Positions 39,968 to 51,200 of a stretch of DNA of 64,000 nt are shown piece after piece. The DNA is from Candidatus Poribacteria bacterium (lineage in GTDB: Bacteria > Poribacteria > WGA-4E > WGA-3G), in assembly GCA_964291315.2 (NCBI GenBank), contig OZ219750.1, positions 32,001 to 96,000 of the forward strand, written 5' to 3'. The stretch's first letter is position 1, and the number at the start of each line of letters is the position of its first letter. The position numbers and the translations under genes were made by a program. The notes beneath the pieces were generated by a model. The model was not told the DNA's origin and made no database searches. It was given only the letters and a program-made list of their open reading frames with translations.

Positions 39968-42900
39968 CTATTTGATCACAGCGATTTTCCCGACCTTTTT
40001 TAGCGTATCAAATTCCAGGACGTAGATATAGATGCCGCTTGAGACATCTGCGGTACTGTTGCTTGTGAGCCACCATTCTTTCCGGTTGTAATCCTGTTCG
40101 GTTACATTCAATGTCTCAAGCAATACCCCGTTGGTATCGAAGAGTTGGATACGGGTACCGATGGGCAGTTTGTCGAAAGTAATTGCGCCTTTGTCAACAG
40201 TGTTCGGGCGCACTGGATTTGGATAGACCCGTGCCTGTTTGAGATCAGAGACTGTGTCTGTAACAGTAAAAGGTATTTCAAGGGGGCGCGTGGCGGCACG
40301 GATAGGGTTATCATCAAGATCGGTTACATTAGAAACGGTAATCTCATACGCGTCTGTTTTAGCGGTCAAGGGTTGCCTGAAGTGTGTCAGGAATTTGCGT
40401 GCGTCAAACGTTAATAAGGCTCGTGTGCCCTCTCGATCGCGGATGGCGGACACCGGGGTTACACCGTCAATCCGCTTTGCGACGCGGAGGACATAACGGT
40501 TTTCGTTGCCGATTCCAAAGTTCATTGGTCGATCAAATGTAAGCATCACCCAGATATTTTCCTGTAGGGGGTCAGCGTGAATGTCAACTTGAGGTTCGGC
40601 TTGTAGGGTCGGTATCTTTTCTCCCGGGGAGAGATAAAGGGCCCGAATTAACTGCGGTGGTTTCCGCGGTGTTGCAGAAACAGGAGCAGTGTGCTGCGTT
40701 TCAGTATCGGCATCGAGCTGTGCAGTGAGCGTGTACCAGTAGGTATTGTCTTTTGTTACACGCCGATCAATGAACCGTGGGGTAGTGAGGTTTTCGGCGA
40801 TTTTCTGAAATTCGCTATAAGGCGGTGCTTTTTCCTTTCTACCTTGTGCGCGATAGACAGTGAAACGGAGGGATGTCTCAAGCTGCTCTGGGCTGTTTGT
40901 GTCGTCTAGCTGAGCGTTCCATGTAACCTGTACTGCCTTTTCTGTTAAAGGTCGGGCTTCAATGTGCCAGGGCTTGATCACATCAAGCGAATCAGGCTGT
41001 GTTGCAAAGATAGATTCACATCGATAAATTCCATTTTCAAGGTTAACATAGAATTCGTTAAAGCCGTTCTGATTGAGTTCAGCTGTTAGAAGTGCTGGGG
41101 TCTGTTCTATCCTTCGGTGCCAGACGGGCAGCAACATTGTGCCGTTCCATCTCATAACATAGAGGTTCGGATATGTTGCAACGATGAGTTCATTATCGCC
41201 GTCTTGATTGAAATCTGCGATTGTGAGGCTATTTCCACTCCGGTGGTGCAGTGCGACAGCGGCAGCGGCATCTCGTGTCTCGTCTGATAGTGCTGCGTAT
41301 CCGTTTGGTGTGTGCGTAAAAACAAAAAACTTCCAGAGAAGTGGGCCGGATGAAGAGCGTGTGTGTAGTGCGAGGCTCCCGCCGATCACGAACTCAGGTT
41401 TGCCATCTCCAGTGAGATCCCCTGAAGCGAATTGCGTGATGTTTTTGAGTGGGAGCTGTGTTTGCCATTCCATGCGGAAGGTGTTGCGGGTAGAGGTAGA
41501 CTCATAAAGGAATATCTCGCCTTCGCTGTCGCCTGTTACTAGTTCTGTGCGTCCATCGGCATCGAAATCGGCAATAGCAAAGGTTTTAGCAAAGACATTA
41601 GCGCCGCGGGTTTCGTTAAGTAGTGCAGCTTTCTCGACGTGGGTATTTGTGGTTGGATCGTATTCAAAAACGAGGAGTCGGTCGTTGTTGTTGTCTGCGC
41701 CGATAATTTCTTTTTGTCCATCACGATCTAAGTCTCCAATCGTAGCGCAGGAGAGAAAAGGTGATTCCCAGATAATCTGATTTGGATATCCGCGTGGTGC
41801 TGTGCTCTCGATGAGAAAGGTCCGCTCATCGTCGGTAGCAAGGACTTCGAGGAGGGCATCACCGTCTGTGTCATCTACGGTCCATGTGATGAACTTTTCC
41901 AAATTAGAGAGGCCATCTAGACTTTCAAAAGCGTGTGCCAATTCATATTTACCGGTGGGGAGTTGTTCGTAGATTGCAAAGATAGCAGCTTGTAATTCTG
42001 TGTGGGGTTCTGTTTCTGAGTTGAGGGGGCTGCCAATGATTTCCAATAGACCGTCAGCATCAAAGTCGGATGTGACACTTGCGATGCGGAGTGGTGGTAT
42101 GTCCAGCGGTATCACAGCGAACCCGTTCGGTGAGATATATCCCCCGGTGACATCAATATTGTAAAAGTCCCCGTTGTTGTCCGCTTTTCCTTTGAGGTTT
42201 GTCGTGTTGACAGCCTCAACGAAAAATTGGTAAGTTCCGGTTTCCAAGCCTAAAGCGAGGAAGTGTTCTACTCCGAGGTCAGTAATCGGAACAGATGCAA
42301 AGGGTGCGCCGGTTCCTTTACGTTTGTAATAGAGGGTATTCTGTGTAACGTCATCCGTTGCCCAAGTGAGTACCGTCAGTCCGCGGTTACCGTAGAGCGT
42401 TTGGGTTGCCGTGAGTGAGCTAATATGTGGCGGAGTGCGGTCTACACTCAGCACAACTTGGTCGTGTGTTTTTTGTCCGTCTGTAGCTGTTGTTGTTAGA
42501 CGGAGGGTGTAGATACCTTCTGGGACGGTTGTAGTATCCCATACGGTCAGGGTCTCACGGATTTTCTGTGTCGTGGAGTCTTGGGTGAAAGGCGTAAATT
42601 TAGTTGGCAGAGTGGATTGCCCGTAACTGAGCTGCCATGAATGGAATTTGTAACCTCCTGCTGTGCCGATGACGGTGATAGAATCTGCACCGCCGCTATT
42701 AGTTTCGGGAGCGAAAATGCGTGCTTGCAATGCGCTGCTGGCGAGGAGCGCGCGGCCGGCGCTGATATTTCCCGCACCGACGAATTTTTCATCCAATTGA
42801 GTGCTATTTGCTCGGTAGATTGGGTGAGCGGTGTTAATGAGTATTTGCCGGACTTCCTCCTGCGTTAGCCCGGGTCGTTTCGCGAGCATTAGTGCTGCAA

Positions 42901-44104
42901 CGCCAGCGACGTGGGGGGCGGCCATCGAGGTTCCAGTGAGCCGGCGATATTGGTTATTAATTTGTGTGCTGAGAATCACATTGCCCGGTGCTCCGATGTC
43001 TATAGAGGCCCCGAAGTTGGATTGGTAGAACCGCTGCTGATTCTGATCGGTAGATGCGACAGCGATGACCTTACGATAGGCAGCGGGGAAGATTGTCTGC
43101 GGTTTTTGGCCGTTGCCTGCAGCAGCCACCAATATCACGCCGCATGCGTAGGCATAATCGATTGCATTTTGAATAACAAAAGAGCGCTGTTCACTTCCCC
43201 AGCTCATGTTGATGACGCTTGCGCCGTTGTCTGCGGCATAAACGATTGCAGCGGCGGAGTCATCGTCCTGCATTCGTGAACTGCCCCCGAGTGAAAGTCC
43301 GGCGCGTATCGCCATAAGTGGACATTTCCAAGCCACGCCTGCAATGCCGATGCCATTGTCGGGCATCGCGCCGGCAATACCAGCAACGTGTGTGCCGTGT
43401 CCGGTTTCATCAATCGGCTCGTTATCACCTCCAATATAATCGCCTTCTGCTTGTAAGTTGGGGGCATCGGTAAAATCCCAGCCGTAGATATCGTCGATGT
43501 AGCCGTTGCCATCGTCGTCGAGTCGGTTTTCTGGAACTTCTCCCGGGTTTATCCACACTTTAGGTGCCAAATCGTCGTGTTTGTAATCGATGCCGGAGTC
43601 TATGATAGCGATGACGACTTTTCGGTTTCCTTTTTCAATTGCCCATGCTTGTGGCAGTTTCATCAGGGGCAGACTCCACTGCTCGGGATATTTGGGATCG
43701 TTTGGAACAACAACGTTCGCTAACGTAGGACGGAGGTAATTATACTCGACAGCCTCAACGAAAGGGCTCTGTTCATAGGCAGCTTTCAAGGCTTCAAGCG
43801 GAGCGTCGGTGGCGAAACGCAACAGATAGATACGTTTCAGGTTAGGATTGAGCGATGGGTGTGCGAGGTAAGGGAACAAAGGGTAAAGCGATTCCACCTT
43901 ATGTTGTACATGCATTGCGGCGATCGGGGCGTTGGCGTGCAACGACTCAACATCGGCTGCTGCGTCTGGTGTCAAACGAATCAAGAGTTCACCGGGGGTG
44001 ATTTGAGCGGTGAGGTTTGTTAACTGCAGATCTTCTGGAGCAGCATCGGTGTTAACGTGACTCAATAGCAGGATGCACAAAGCTAGGATTCTAAGGTATC
44101 TCAT
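39968..44104 (-). CDS. Secreted S8 subtilase with FG-GAP-like repeats, FN3-like region and T9SS/FlgD-like C-terminal domain
   Basis: IDSG, HGTHVAG and GTSMAAPHVAG motifs; DFDADG repeats; C-terminal VYPNP...SSGIYIY...GKIAVIK. Confidence 0.9.
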   Translation of the reverse strand: MRYLRILALCILLLSHVNTDAAPEDLQLTNLTAQITPGELLIRLTPDAAADVESLHANAPIAAMHVQHKVESLYPLFPYLAHPSLNPNLKRIYLLRFATDAPLEALKAAYEQSPFVEAVEYNYLRPTLANVVVPNDPKYPEQWSLPLMKLPQAWAIEKGNRKVVIAIIDSGIDYKHDDLAPKVWINPGEVPENRLDDDGNGYIDDIYGWDFTDAPNLQAEGDYIGGDNEPIDETGHGTHVAGIAGAMPDNGIGIAGVAWKCPLMAIRAGLSLGGSSRMQDDDSAAAIVYAADNGASVINMSWGSEQRSFVIQNAIDYAYACGVILVAAAGNGQKPQTIFPAAYRKVIAVASTDQNQQRFYQSNFGASIDIGAPGNVILSTQINNQYRRLTGTSMAAPHVAGVAALMLAKRPGLTQEEVRQILINTAHPIYRANSTQLDEKFVGAGNISAGRALLASSALQARIFAPETNSGGADSITVIGTAGGYKFHSWQLSYGQSTLPTKFTPFTQDSTTQKIRETLTVWDTTTVPEGIYTLRLTTTATDGQKTHDQVVLSVDRTPPHISSLTATQTLYGNRGLTVLTWATDDVTQNTLYYKRKGTGAPFASVPITDLGVEHFLALGLETGTYQFFVEAVNTTNLKGKADNNGDFYNIDVTGGYISPNGFAVIPLDIPPLRIASVTSDFDADGLLEIIGSPLNSETEPHTELQAAIFAIYEQLPTGKYELAHAFESLDGLSNLEKFITWTVDDTDGDALLEVLATDDERTFLIESTAPRGYPNQIIWESPFLSCATIGDLDRDGQKEIIGADNNNDRLLVFEYDPTTNTHVEKAALLNETRGANVFAKTFAIADFDADGRTELVTGDSEGEIFLYESTSTRNTFRMEWQTQLPLKNITQFASGDLTGDGKPEFVIGGSLALHTRSSSGPLLWKFFVFTHTPNGYAALSDETRDAAAAVALHHRSGNSLTIADFNQDGDNELIVATYPNLYVMRWNGTMLLPVWHRRIEQTPALLTAELNQNGFNEFYVNLENGIYRCESIFATQPDSLDVIKPWHIEARPLTEKAVQVTWNAQLDDTNSPEQLETSLRFTVYRAQGRKEKAPPYSEFQKIAENLTTPRFIDRRVTKDNTYWYTLTAQLDADTETQHTAPVSATPRKPPQLIRALYLSPGEKIPTLQAEPQVDIHADPLQENIWVMLTFDRPMNFGIGNENRYVLRVAKRIDGVTPVSAIRDREGTRALLTFDARKFLTHFRQPLTAKTDAYEITVSNVTDLDDNPIRAATRPLEIPFTVTDTVSDLKQARVYPNPVRPNTVDKGAITFDKLPIGTRIQLFDTNGVLLETLNVTEQDYNRKEWWLTSNSTADVSSGIYIYVLEFDTLKKVGKIAVIK

Positions 44105-44238
44105 ACAGAAGGTATTTGAGAGAGCAAGGTGCTACTTTTGTATCTTAAGGTCTCCCTGCTTATGTCATCCTACAAGTTCAAAAGTTTCAGAGGCTGGACT
44201 GATGACGAGGTTCCAGCTAGGTCGGTTCCATGATGGCG

Positions 44239-45405
44239 TTATTCGAAGAGCTGAAGCTCGCCGTTTTTGACGATAAGTACAATCGGGTCGTATATTGCTT
44301 CACCGTTGGTGTCGAAAGAGAAATTGCCCAAAATCGTGGGTAAATCTGTCGTTTGTCGCAGAGCATCACGAATGGCGGATGCATCTGTGGATTGTGCGTT
44401 TGCAATTGCGTTGGCGAGAATAGAGAGAGTAGCGTATGATTGTGCTGCCCAAGGTTTAGGTTCAATGCCGTATTTCGCTCGATAATTCTCGACGAATGCT
44501 TGGTTTCCGGGTGTGTTGGACAGCCTCGACCATCCTACAAAAGTTATTGCGCCCTCGGCGGCAGCTCCTACTTTTTGTACTTCGCTTCTTGTCAAATCTG
44601 GAACGATAAGGTGAACGGTATGAGGTATTCCGATGTCTCGTGCTTGAACGATAATCTGCACCATTTCCGGTGTCAGTGCAGAGATAAAGAGTGCTTCGGG
44701 TGCCATATTCATGATATTGGTTAATTGCTGAGAGAAATCAGTATCGCCGGCGTGGAAGGTTTCTGCCGTCAGAATCTCGACGTTGCTTATTCCAAGTGCT
44801 TTTGTTATTTCCTCGTTGCTACTCGTGGCGTAGGTATCAGAGGCATCATATATCGTTGCTACTTTTTGATAGCCTAGTTTTTCTTGTGTTACCATCACGC
44901 CACTGGGATTCAGTAGGTTTGTGGCAAGCCCGGCGCGGAAGATATAGTCTCCGAGTGTGCTCAAACCTGCGGCGGAGGAGAGCGAATCAAAAGCGACCAC
45001 GCTATTCTCTTGGGCAACCGGGAAAACAGCCTCGGAATGCATTGAAATACCAATCCCGACGATGACGGGTAAGCCCTGGTTTACCAATTTCTGGACAGCT
45101 GCGATCCCGCCTTCTAACGTGCTTTGCGTGTCTACGGTGGTGAATATGAGGTTTGCATCGCTGATCATATTAATTTCTTCTAGTGCCAATTCAAAGCCGC
45201 GTTGCATTGGGAGTCCATACGGTTCAGCAAATGGTCCTGTCAAAGGTACCGCCATACCGATGGGCATTTCTTCGGTCATCGTTTGAGGCGCCACCGTTTT
45301 GTCATCCGGCAGCATCGGAGCGATTTTTTCGCAACTGGTAAGTCCTATAACTAAAGCACCAACTGCGACCACAAACGCAAATGTTGCCATTTTCCAAAGG
45401 TACAT
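44239..45405 (-). CDS. Branched-chain amino-acid-type ABC substrate-binding lipoprotein (no transporter genes adjacent)
   Basis: Lipobox LTSC, PLTG, GFELALEEIN, DTDFS, FSFDTNG. Confidence 0.88.
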   Translation of the reverse strand: MYLWKMATFAFVVAVGALVIGLTSCEKIAPMLPDDKTVAPQTMTEEMPIGMAVPLTGPFAEPYGLPMQRGFELALEEINMISDANLIFTTVDTQSTLEGGIAAVQKLVNQGLPVIVGIGISMHSEAVFPVAQENSVVAFDSLSSAAGLSTLGDYIFRAGLATNLLNPSGVMVTQEKLGYQKVATIYDASDTYATSSNEEITKALGISNVEILTAETFHAGDTDFSQQLTNIMNMAPEALFISALTPEMVQIIVQARDIGIPHTVHLIVPDLTRSEVQKVGAAAEGAITFVGWSRLSNTPGNQAFVENYRAKYGIEPKPWAAQSYATLSILANAIANAQSTDASAIRDALRQTTDLPTILGNFSFDTNGEAIYDPIVLIVKNGELQLFE

Positions 45406-45584
45406 GTTGAATCTCCTTTATTGTGAAGTAGTAAGTGTAAGAGAAATATCACTCTTGACCTATTCCGTTGTTGTCAGAGAGAGCGAATTTTGCATCAAAC
45501 CCGTATTGATATTCCAAAACCGTTTTGAAAATTGGATACTGTCAGGTAATCTCCTGATGCAAAGGGGCAATCGTTGTCTATTAC

Positions 45585-45745
45585 ATGATACCCACCACGG
45601 ATAAGCTCCGCGTGCTTCTTACGGTCTTTTAGACACCTGACTCGATATGAGCCCCGGAAAGGGTGCGCATTTATCGAGTCTACATAGGTCTCGTTGATAC
45701 AAGACACAAGGGGAATACCGCCGCTCCGACTCTAGGGTTGAATAA
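45585..45745 (-). ncRNA. Structured element resembling an IS200/IS605 right end / TnpB omegaRNA, with no tnpB
   Basis: Nested stems (GACTCGATA/TATCGAGTC). Minus strand ends GAAG-CACGCGGA-GCTTA-TCCGTGGTG-GGTATCAT. Confidence 0.4.
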
Positions 45746-46164
45746 CCTATCCTGATACCTCTATATTTCTATCTTTCGCTCATAACAAACAGAAACAATG
45801 CTATAATAACGCGAGCTTGATAATATTTGGCTTCTCTTTGGATAAAGAGAAGCCTTTACAGAACCGAACAGGTTGTGCAAGAAGCGTTGAAGGGGCAGAG
45901 ACTGACAGTCTATGCTACAAGTGCCTTGCAGAGGAACTGAACAAGCTATAGGACAGCTCTAAGTCTTTTTTCAAACCGATGTTATAATAAAGTATAACAC
46001 ATTTTATAGCGTTTCTCACGTTTATTTGACAACCGCCCGAAAGAACAAGGTTCGAGCCAAGCCCAGAATTTAGGATTGTTAAGTAGTTCGGTTCATAGTT
46101 AGAAACTATTGTCAATCGAAAAATCGTTATCGATTATCAGAGAAAGTGTTCCGTCGGAGTTGGG

Positions 46165-47094
46165 TTAAAATACGTGCAATACTTCTGTGGTTTTATCGTT
46201 AACAATTGCGATTGCGATATTTCCTCGGGTGTGATTAGAGAAGGTGATGACCCATGCGAACCCGTGAAAGGTTGAATAGGCGTGGAGGTTGCTTTGACCG
46301 GTTAAGGCTGCTTTGACTCGGGTATCTAATTTTGCTACTTCAAGGACTGTGTCGGATTTTTGCTGCGGAGAAAGGGCTTGAGTTGCAAGCGAATCCGATA
46401 TCTGTGCACCTTTGTCGATCTCTGGCGGCAATATTTGGGGTTTTTGCTGTGCGATCCTTCTAAGCCGGAGTGCCTGTCGGCGATATGCGTCTTGGTGTTT
46501 CTGATAATCCTTAAGTCCGTAGGCAATTGGAATCTTTTCATATTGTGTTGCGCACATCTCTGCCGCATCCGCTTCGAGTTGAAGCATTTTCACATAATCG
46601 CCTTTCTGTTGCGCTAACTCGCGTTGTTTTCTGAAGAAAGTTGGATAGATACCAAATTCGTAAAACCGATTCGGATAGCGAGGTAGCCATGTTGTGATAA
46701 ATTTTTTGATGTTTTCAGATTCGATGTCTAGTTGCAAAAGAATGTCTGGATCACAAAGCGTTCCTACAAGCTTCTGCCGGGCGATTTCGGCGCGTGTGCG
46801 GTGAAATCGATGTTGTGCCTGAATTTCTTGTGCTTCTTTCTTTGCTCGCACCGTCCATTTCTTGTATCCATGTTGGACGTAGTAGTCGTGTGCGATCTTG
46901 TTCATCGGAACGGAGATGCGTTTAAGGCAGTCAGCAGCGGCTTCGTGCCAGAGCGCGAGCTTGGCGTAGTCACCAGACTGTGTATAGCGCGTAATAAAGA
47001 GCTCTGCGGTGGCTGCCCCTTGAAGAACTGCAAGGCATGGTTCCACAAAGCTGAGAGAAATCGGTAGAAGTGATAGAACGAGAACTCTTATCAT
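46165..47094 (-). CDS. Secreted hypothetical helical protein with an internal repeat
   Basis: Signal peptide; QSGDYAKL..EAAAD and QKGDYVKM..EADAAE repeat pair. Confidence 0.7.
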   Translation of the reverse strand: MIRVLVLSLLPISLSFVEPCLAVLQGAATAELFITRYTQSGDYAKLALWHEAAADCLKRISVPMNKIAHDYYVQHGYKKWTVRAKKEAQEIQAQHRFHRTRAEIARQKLVGTLCDPDILLQLDIESENIKKFITTWLPRYPNRFYEFGIYPTFFRKQRELAQQKGDYVKMLQLEADAAEMCATQYEKIPIAYGLKDYQKHQDAYRRQALRLRRIAQQKPQILPPEIDKGAQISDSLATQALSPQQKSDTVLEVAKLDTRVKAALTGQSNLHAYSTFHGFAWVITFSNHTRGNIAIAIVNDKTTEVLHVF

Positions 47095-48221
47095 TGCAAC
47101 ATGAATCGGACGTTTCCGGAGAAGGTTTCATCCGGGGCCAGCACAATCACTCCTGCAGGAATCTCCTTTGCTTCTAAATTGATGGCATCGGTTGGACATG
47201 TATAAGGTTCAAAACAGATAGCGTCTCTACCGGGGGGTGTGTAGACAACAAGCTCTCTGAATATTGCCTCTGATTCCATTACTAATGTGTGTCCGGTGTC
47301 TTTATTTTCGATGAGGCATCTACTTACGCCATCAACGAGTTGCACATCTGTAAAGACATGATCTAGTTTTAGTTTTCCGAACGGTTGTCCTTTGCGTAAA
47401 TCGAGCGTTCCAGTGACTGCCTGCTGTCTGCCGGTTGGAATGAGGAGGTCATCTAATTCCCAGTACTGAGCGGCGGGCACGGTAATCAATGCCTCTGCTG
47501 CATTCGCTGTTCCGGTCAAGTTTGTACGAAAATAGGGGTGGATACCGAATCCCATTGGCATATTCTGGTCGCCTATATTTTTGATGGAGATTCCCATCGT
47601 TAGTATAGCGTCTCTGAGGGTGTAGGTAACCTCAATTTTAAAAGGGAAAGGATATTGGCGAATGACATCTGGAAAATCTTGGGAGTTCAGCGAGCATATC
47701 AATGTTGCGCTATTCTCATCAGCGGTGTATTTATCGACATGATAGGGTAAATTTAAGAGTAAACCGTGGATTGTTGTCGGAGATTCGGGTGCCTTGTCAA
47801 ACTGATAGGTTTTTCCTTCAAACCGCCATCTGCCGTTTCGTATTCGGTTGGGGAACGGAAACAGGATTGGGTTGCCGTAAGCAGTGGGACGTTGCTTTAA
47901 GGTAGCGAGGTCTGGCGGTGAGTCTATCAGGTGGATCCACTTTCCGTTATCTGCTACTTTAAAGAGGTAGCAATTATTTCCGAGCTCTGGCAGAATCTCA
48001 GCGAAGGCTTTTCCATTTTGCTGGATGCGGTAGATCTGATATTTTGAGATCGGGGTGTCAATCGTTTCTGTTGTGACTGAATACGTTGTGTTTGTCATTG
48101 TTTCCTCTCTATCGGCGTCTGCAAGCATGGTTGAAAGCAGGAGAACCACACAAATTATTCGAACGTGGGGTGTGTGTTTCCAAATGCTTCGAGATTGCGG
48201 GAGAAAAAGCGTATTAACCAT
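47091..48221 (-). CDS. Aldose 1-epimerase family protein
   Basis: LFPFPNRI, IHG, GIHPYF and ICFEP motifs; start uncertain. Confidence 0.9.
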   Translation of the reverse strand: MVNTLFLPQSRSIWKHTPHVRIICVVLLLSTMLADADREETMTNTTYSVTTETIDTPISKYQIYRIQQNGKAFAEILPELGNNCYLFKVADNGKWIHLIDSPPDLATLKQRPTAYGNPILFPFPNRIRNGRWRFEGKTYQFDKAPESPTTIHGLLLNLPYHVDKYTADENSATLICSLNSQDFPDVIRQYPFPFKIEVTYTLRDAILTMGISIKNIGDQNMPMGFGIHPYFRTNLTGTANAAEALITVPAAQYWELDDLLIPTGRQQAVTGTLDLRKGQPFGKLKLDHVFTDVQLVDGVSRCLIENKDTGHTLVMESEAIFRELVVYTPPGRDAICFEPYTCPTDAINLEAKEIPAGVIVLAPDETFSGNVRFMLQ

Positions 48222-51200
48222 TGTTTTTACCTTGTAAAGGGACGGGAGTCCCAGAATTTAACGACAATTCCGGCAAGCTTTTAACAATCTCCACCGTTTT
48301 TAGGCTAATAGTGATAACGCGCGCCACTAAATCCACAATATACCGCGGCGCATCCGCACAATTCGGATCGGTAACCAGCCCGCTCCGACTGTGCGTCTTC
48401 ACACAATACTGATCTATCACCCACTCCAAAGCTGAACGAGTGCCTAACCGATACGCAAACGCCTCGGCAGGAATTCCTTCCAACGTCAAGAACTCGTTAT
48501 ATATCAACTGTGTTTTGTCTTTGGACAGCTTCATTTTCTCCACGCGCCAATTGAGCGGCACCTCGGGGTTCTGAATCAATTTGAGATCTTCATATTCGGG
48601 TTGAGATTCGTAGTTAACGTGGAGGTCTGCGAGTTGTGCGCCTGCGGTAGCGAACGCCCAGAAGTCTGCAGCGAAGGGGATGTGCGGCAGATCGCGCTTG
48701 AGGTTCGCCTCGTATCTCTCTCGGTAGTCAGGGTGATGCAGGAGTCCATAGGTATAGTGGAAGATGTCCCACTTGCTGATGGTATCGTCTTTGTAGTGTG
48801 AGCGGAAATGTGCCAATGCCCAATCGGTGATATTTTCGCGGCGATTTGCGCCGTCTTCGTCATAGGTGTAGAACGGGAAACATTGGGTATCGCCTGTGAT
48901 ATGGATATCTGGAATTGCATCAACTATTAGCGTACGGAAAGATGAGTTGGTGCCCGGACAGCTGACACAGATCACCTGATTTTCTGCCTCTGTCTCTAGT
49001 GTTGGGAATATCACATACTGCTGGTAGCGTTCCTCATTCCAGAAATCATCAAAGTAGAGATATTTTTGGCAAAATGGGCGATACAACGCGTTCCGAAAGT
49101 GACTATCCTCGTAGATGCTTAGCTCCAATTTCTTCAGTAACTTCTTCGTTTGGCGACTCCACTTGATACGTGGATCGGTTGTATCAATGAAACGCTCAAC
49201 CGGGGCATTCGGATCATGCCTTCGCTTCCTGTCAACTGCGGTGTTGTATATCTCAATAAATGTGCGGACGCGCTCTTGTAGCACTGTCAGATCAGAGGCG
49301 TATACTAAACTGTCTCTGCTGGTAGAAACACCACAAGAGTAAAGATTAAAAATCGTCGCTCCATCCGTGCTCTTCTTACTTTTTACTGCTTTTGTGCCCA
49401 TGGGAACGAAGGTCTCAAACTCAGGACGGAGCCCTTCCGTGAGCCAGGTATGCCGCGCATCTAACACCGCTTGCTTCAACGGAACATTTGTATAGTCGCT
49501 GAACTCGACCAAAAGATCCTGCTTCTCCCGAGATTTCATATAGTCTTCGACAGCATAGAGCCAAACCTCCGCAGGTGCAGCGGGCAGTCCAGCCTTTTTG
49601 ATGAAGAAACTGATACCGACACCCACCCGGATCTGATCTTCAAAAACATTGCCGCCCTCTTTTCGGCGGCGCTCGCCCGAGGTGCGGGCATCGCCTTTCA
49701 TGTTAATATGATAAATCTTAGTGAAGTCTTGTGCCAAGTGTTTTCGCATTCCATCAAACGCAATCCTGTCCAAGAAGCTGTTGTTTGTCACAAGTGCCAC
49801 GATGCCCTCTGCTCCAATCCGGTCCGAGGCCCAGCGGATCGCCTTCACATACGGATCGTAGAGCTTATTTCGGTTCTGTGCCGCGGAGTCTGTGACATAC
49901 GTCTCCGCAACGCGCGCGTCCATGAGCGGATGCTTCCTATTCTTGTTGTTATCGTTCTCATTCTTCTGCCCGGCGTTGTAGGGCGGATTGCCGATCACTA
50001 CGAACATGTCCGCTGACTTCTGCTGCAGCACCCGCTCCGTGTTTTCACGCGTGAAGAGCTCTCCCTGCTCCTGCTCAAGCAGCTCAAATGTGTCTGCTAG
50101 CACGATACCCTCAAACGGCAGATACGCACCCGTCCGACGGAAGTATTCCTGCTCAATGTTCAGACTGGCGATATAATACGGTAAAAGCATCACCTCATTG
50201 CAGTGGAGTTCGGGCGGAGTGGCGGTGTATTTTCGCTCCAGTGAGATCGGATCGAGTGCCTGCATCAGCCGCACGATGAAGTTGCCGGTGCCGACAAACG
50301 GGTCTATGATATGTACACCGCTATCCGACAGCGAACGATCAAACTCGGTTTTCAAAATGTGTTGCACGCTGTTGACCATGAAATCCACGATCGGCTGCGG
50401 GGTATAGACGATGCCGTGTGTGTCGGCTGTATCTTCGGAGAACCCTTGAAAGAACTGCTCATAGAACGTATTGAGGAAGTGCTGTTTCTGTGAGAAGTCT
50501 TTGCAGAATAGCGCCGCTTGTTCAATAGCGCTGTAGAAACGATCTAAGGGAGCGAGAAACACATCCCGGCTGAACGCTCTATGGATCAGTTTATCCACCA
50601 CGTTTTCAATCTCGCGTGCGATGATGTTCCGGCGCGTGAAATCAGAGTTGTTAAAGACGGTGCGGAAGATGCGTTCGGTGAGGATGTGTTGGATCAGCAT
50701 CTCCTCGACCTCACCGTGTGAGAGCTCTGGATTGATCGCCGTGCGACAGGTCTCATAAAAGCTGGCAAATGCGGCTTGGAACGCTGTATCCGCCGTGTGC
50801 TGCTCGTCTATGAGCTCCTTCAACTTGCCTGCGAGGGCCGGCACGTGTTCTTTGAAGTCGTTGACAACCGACTGCCAATTTTCCAATGCCGGTGGCACAT
50901 AAGCGAACAGACATTCAAGAGCGGAGATCAGTCCTGCAGCGTTGCGGATGTCGCTGTCTAAGGCGACCTGTCCGTTCTGATACAAAATAGCGCGCTGTGG
51001 GTTCTGGAACAGGATGTTGTCTAGCGGATACCCCGCCGCGCGTTTCTCCTCAACGGCTTTAGGGAGATCGTCATCTATATCTTTTGCCTCCCAATAAGCG
51101 ATCGGCAGGCTATATTCATCCAAGATTGCGCCGTCAATCACGATGCGGTTTCCGTTGGGGGCGTGCATCTGATATTGCGGGATGAGTGTCGCTTCCACCT

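Noticed and set aside
45640-45735. Group II intron domain V/VI, retron msr-msd or 6S RNA
   Set aside because: No proper domain V AGC/CGC triad stem, no RT nearby, and no convincing 6S central bubble or closing stem.
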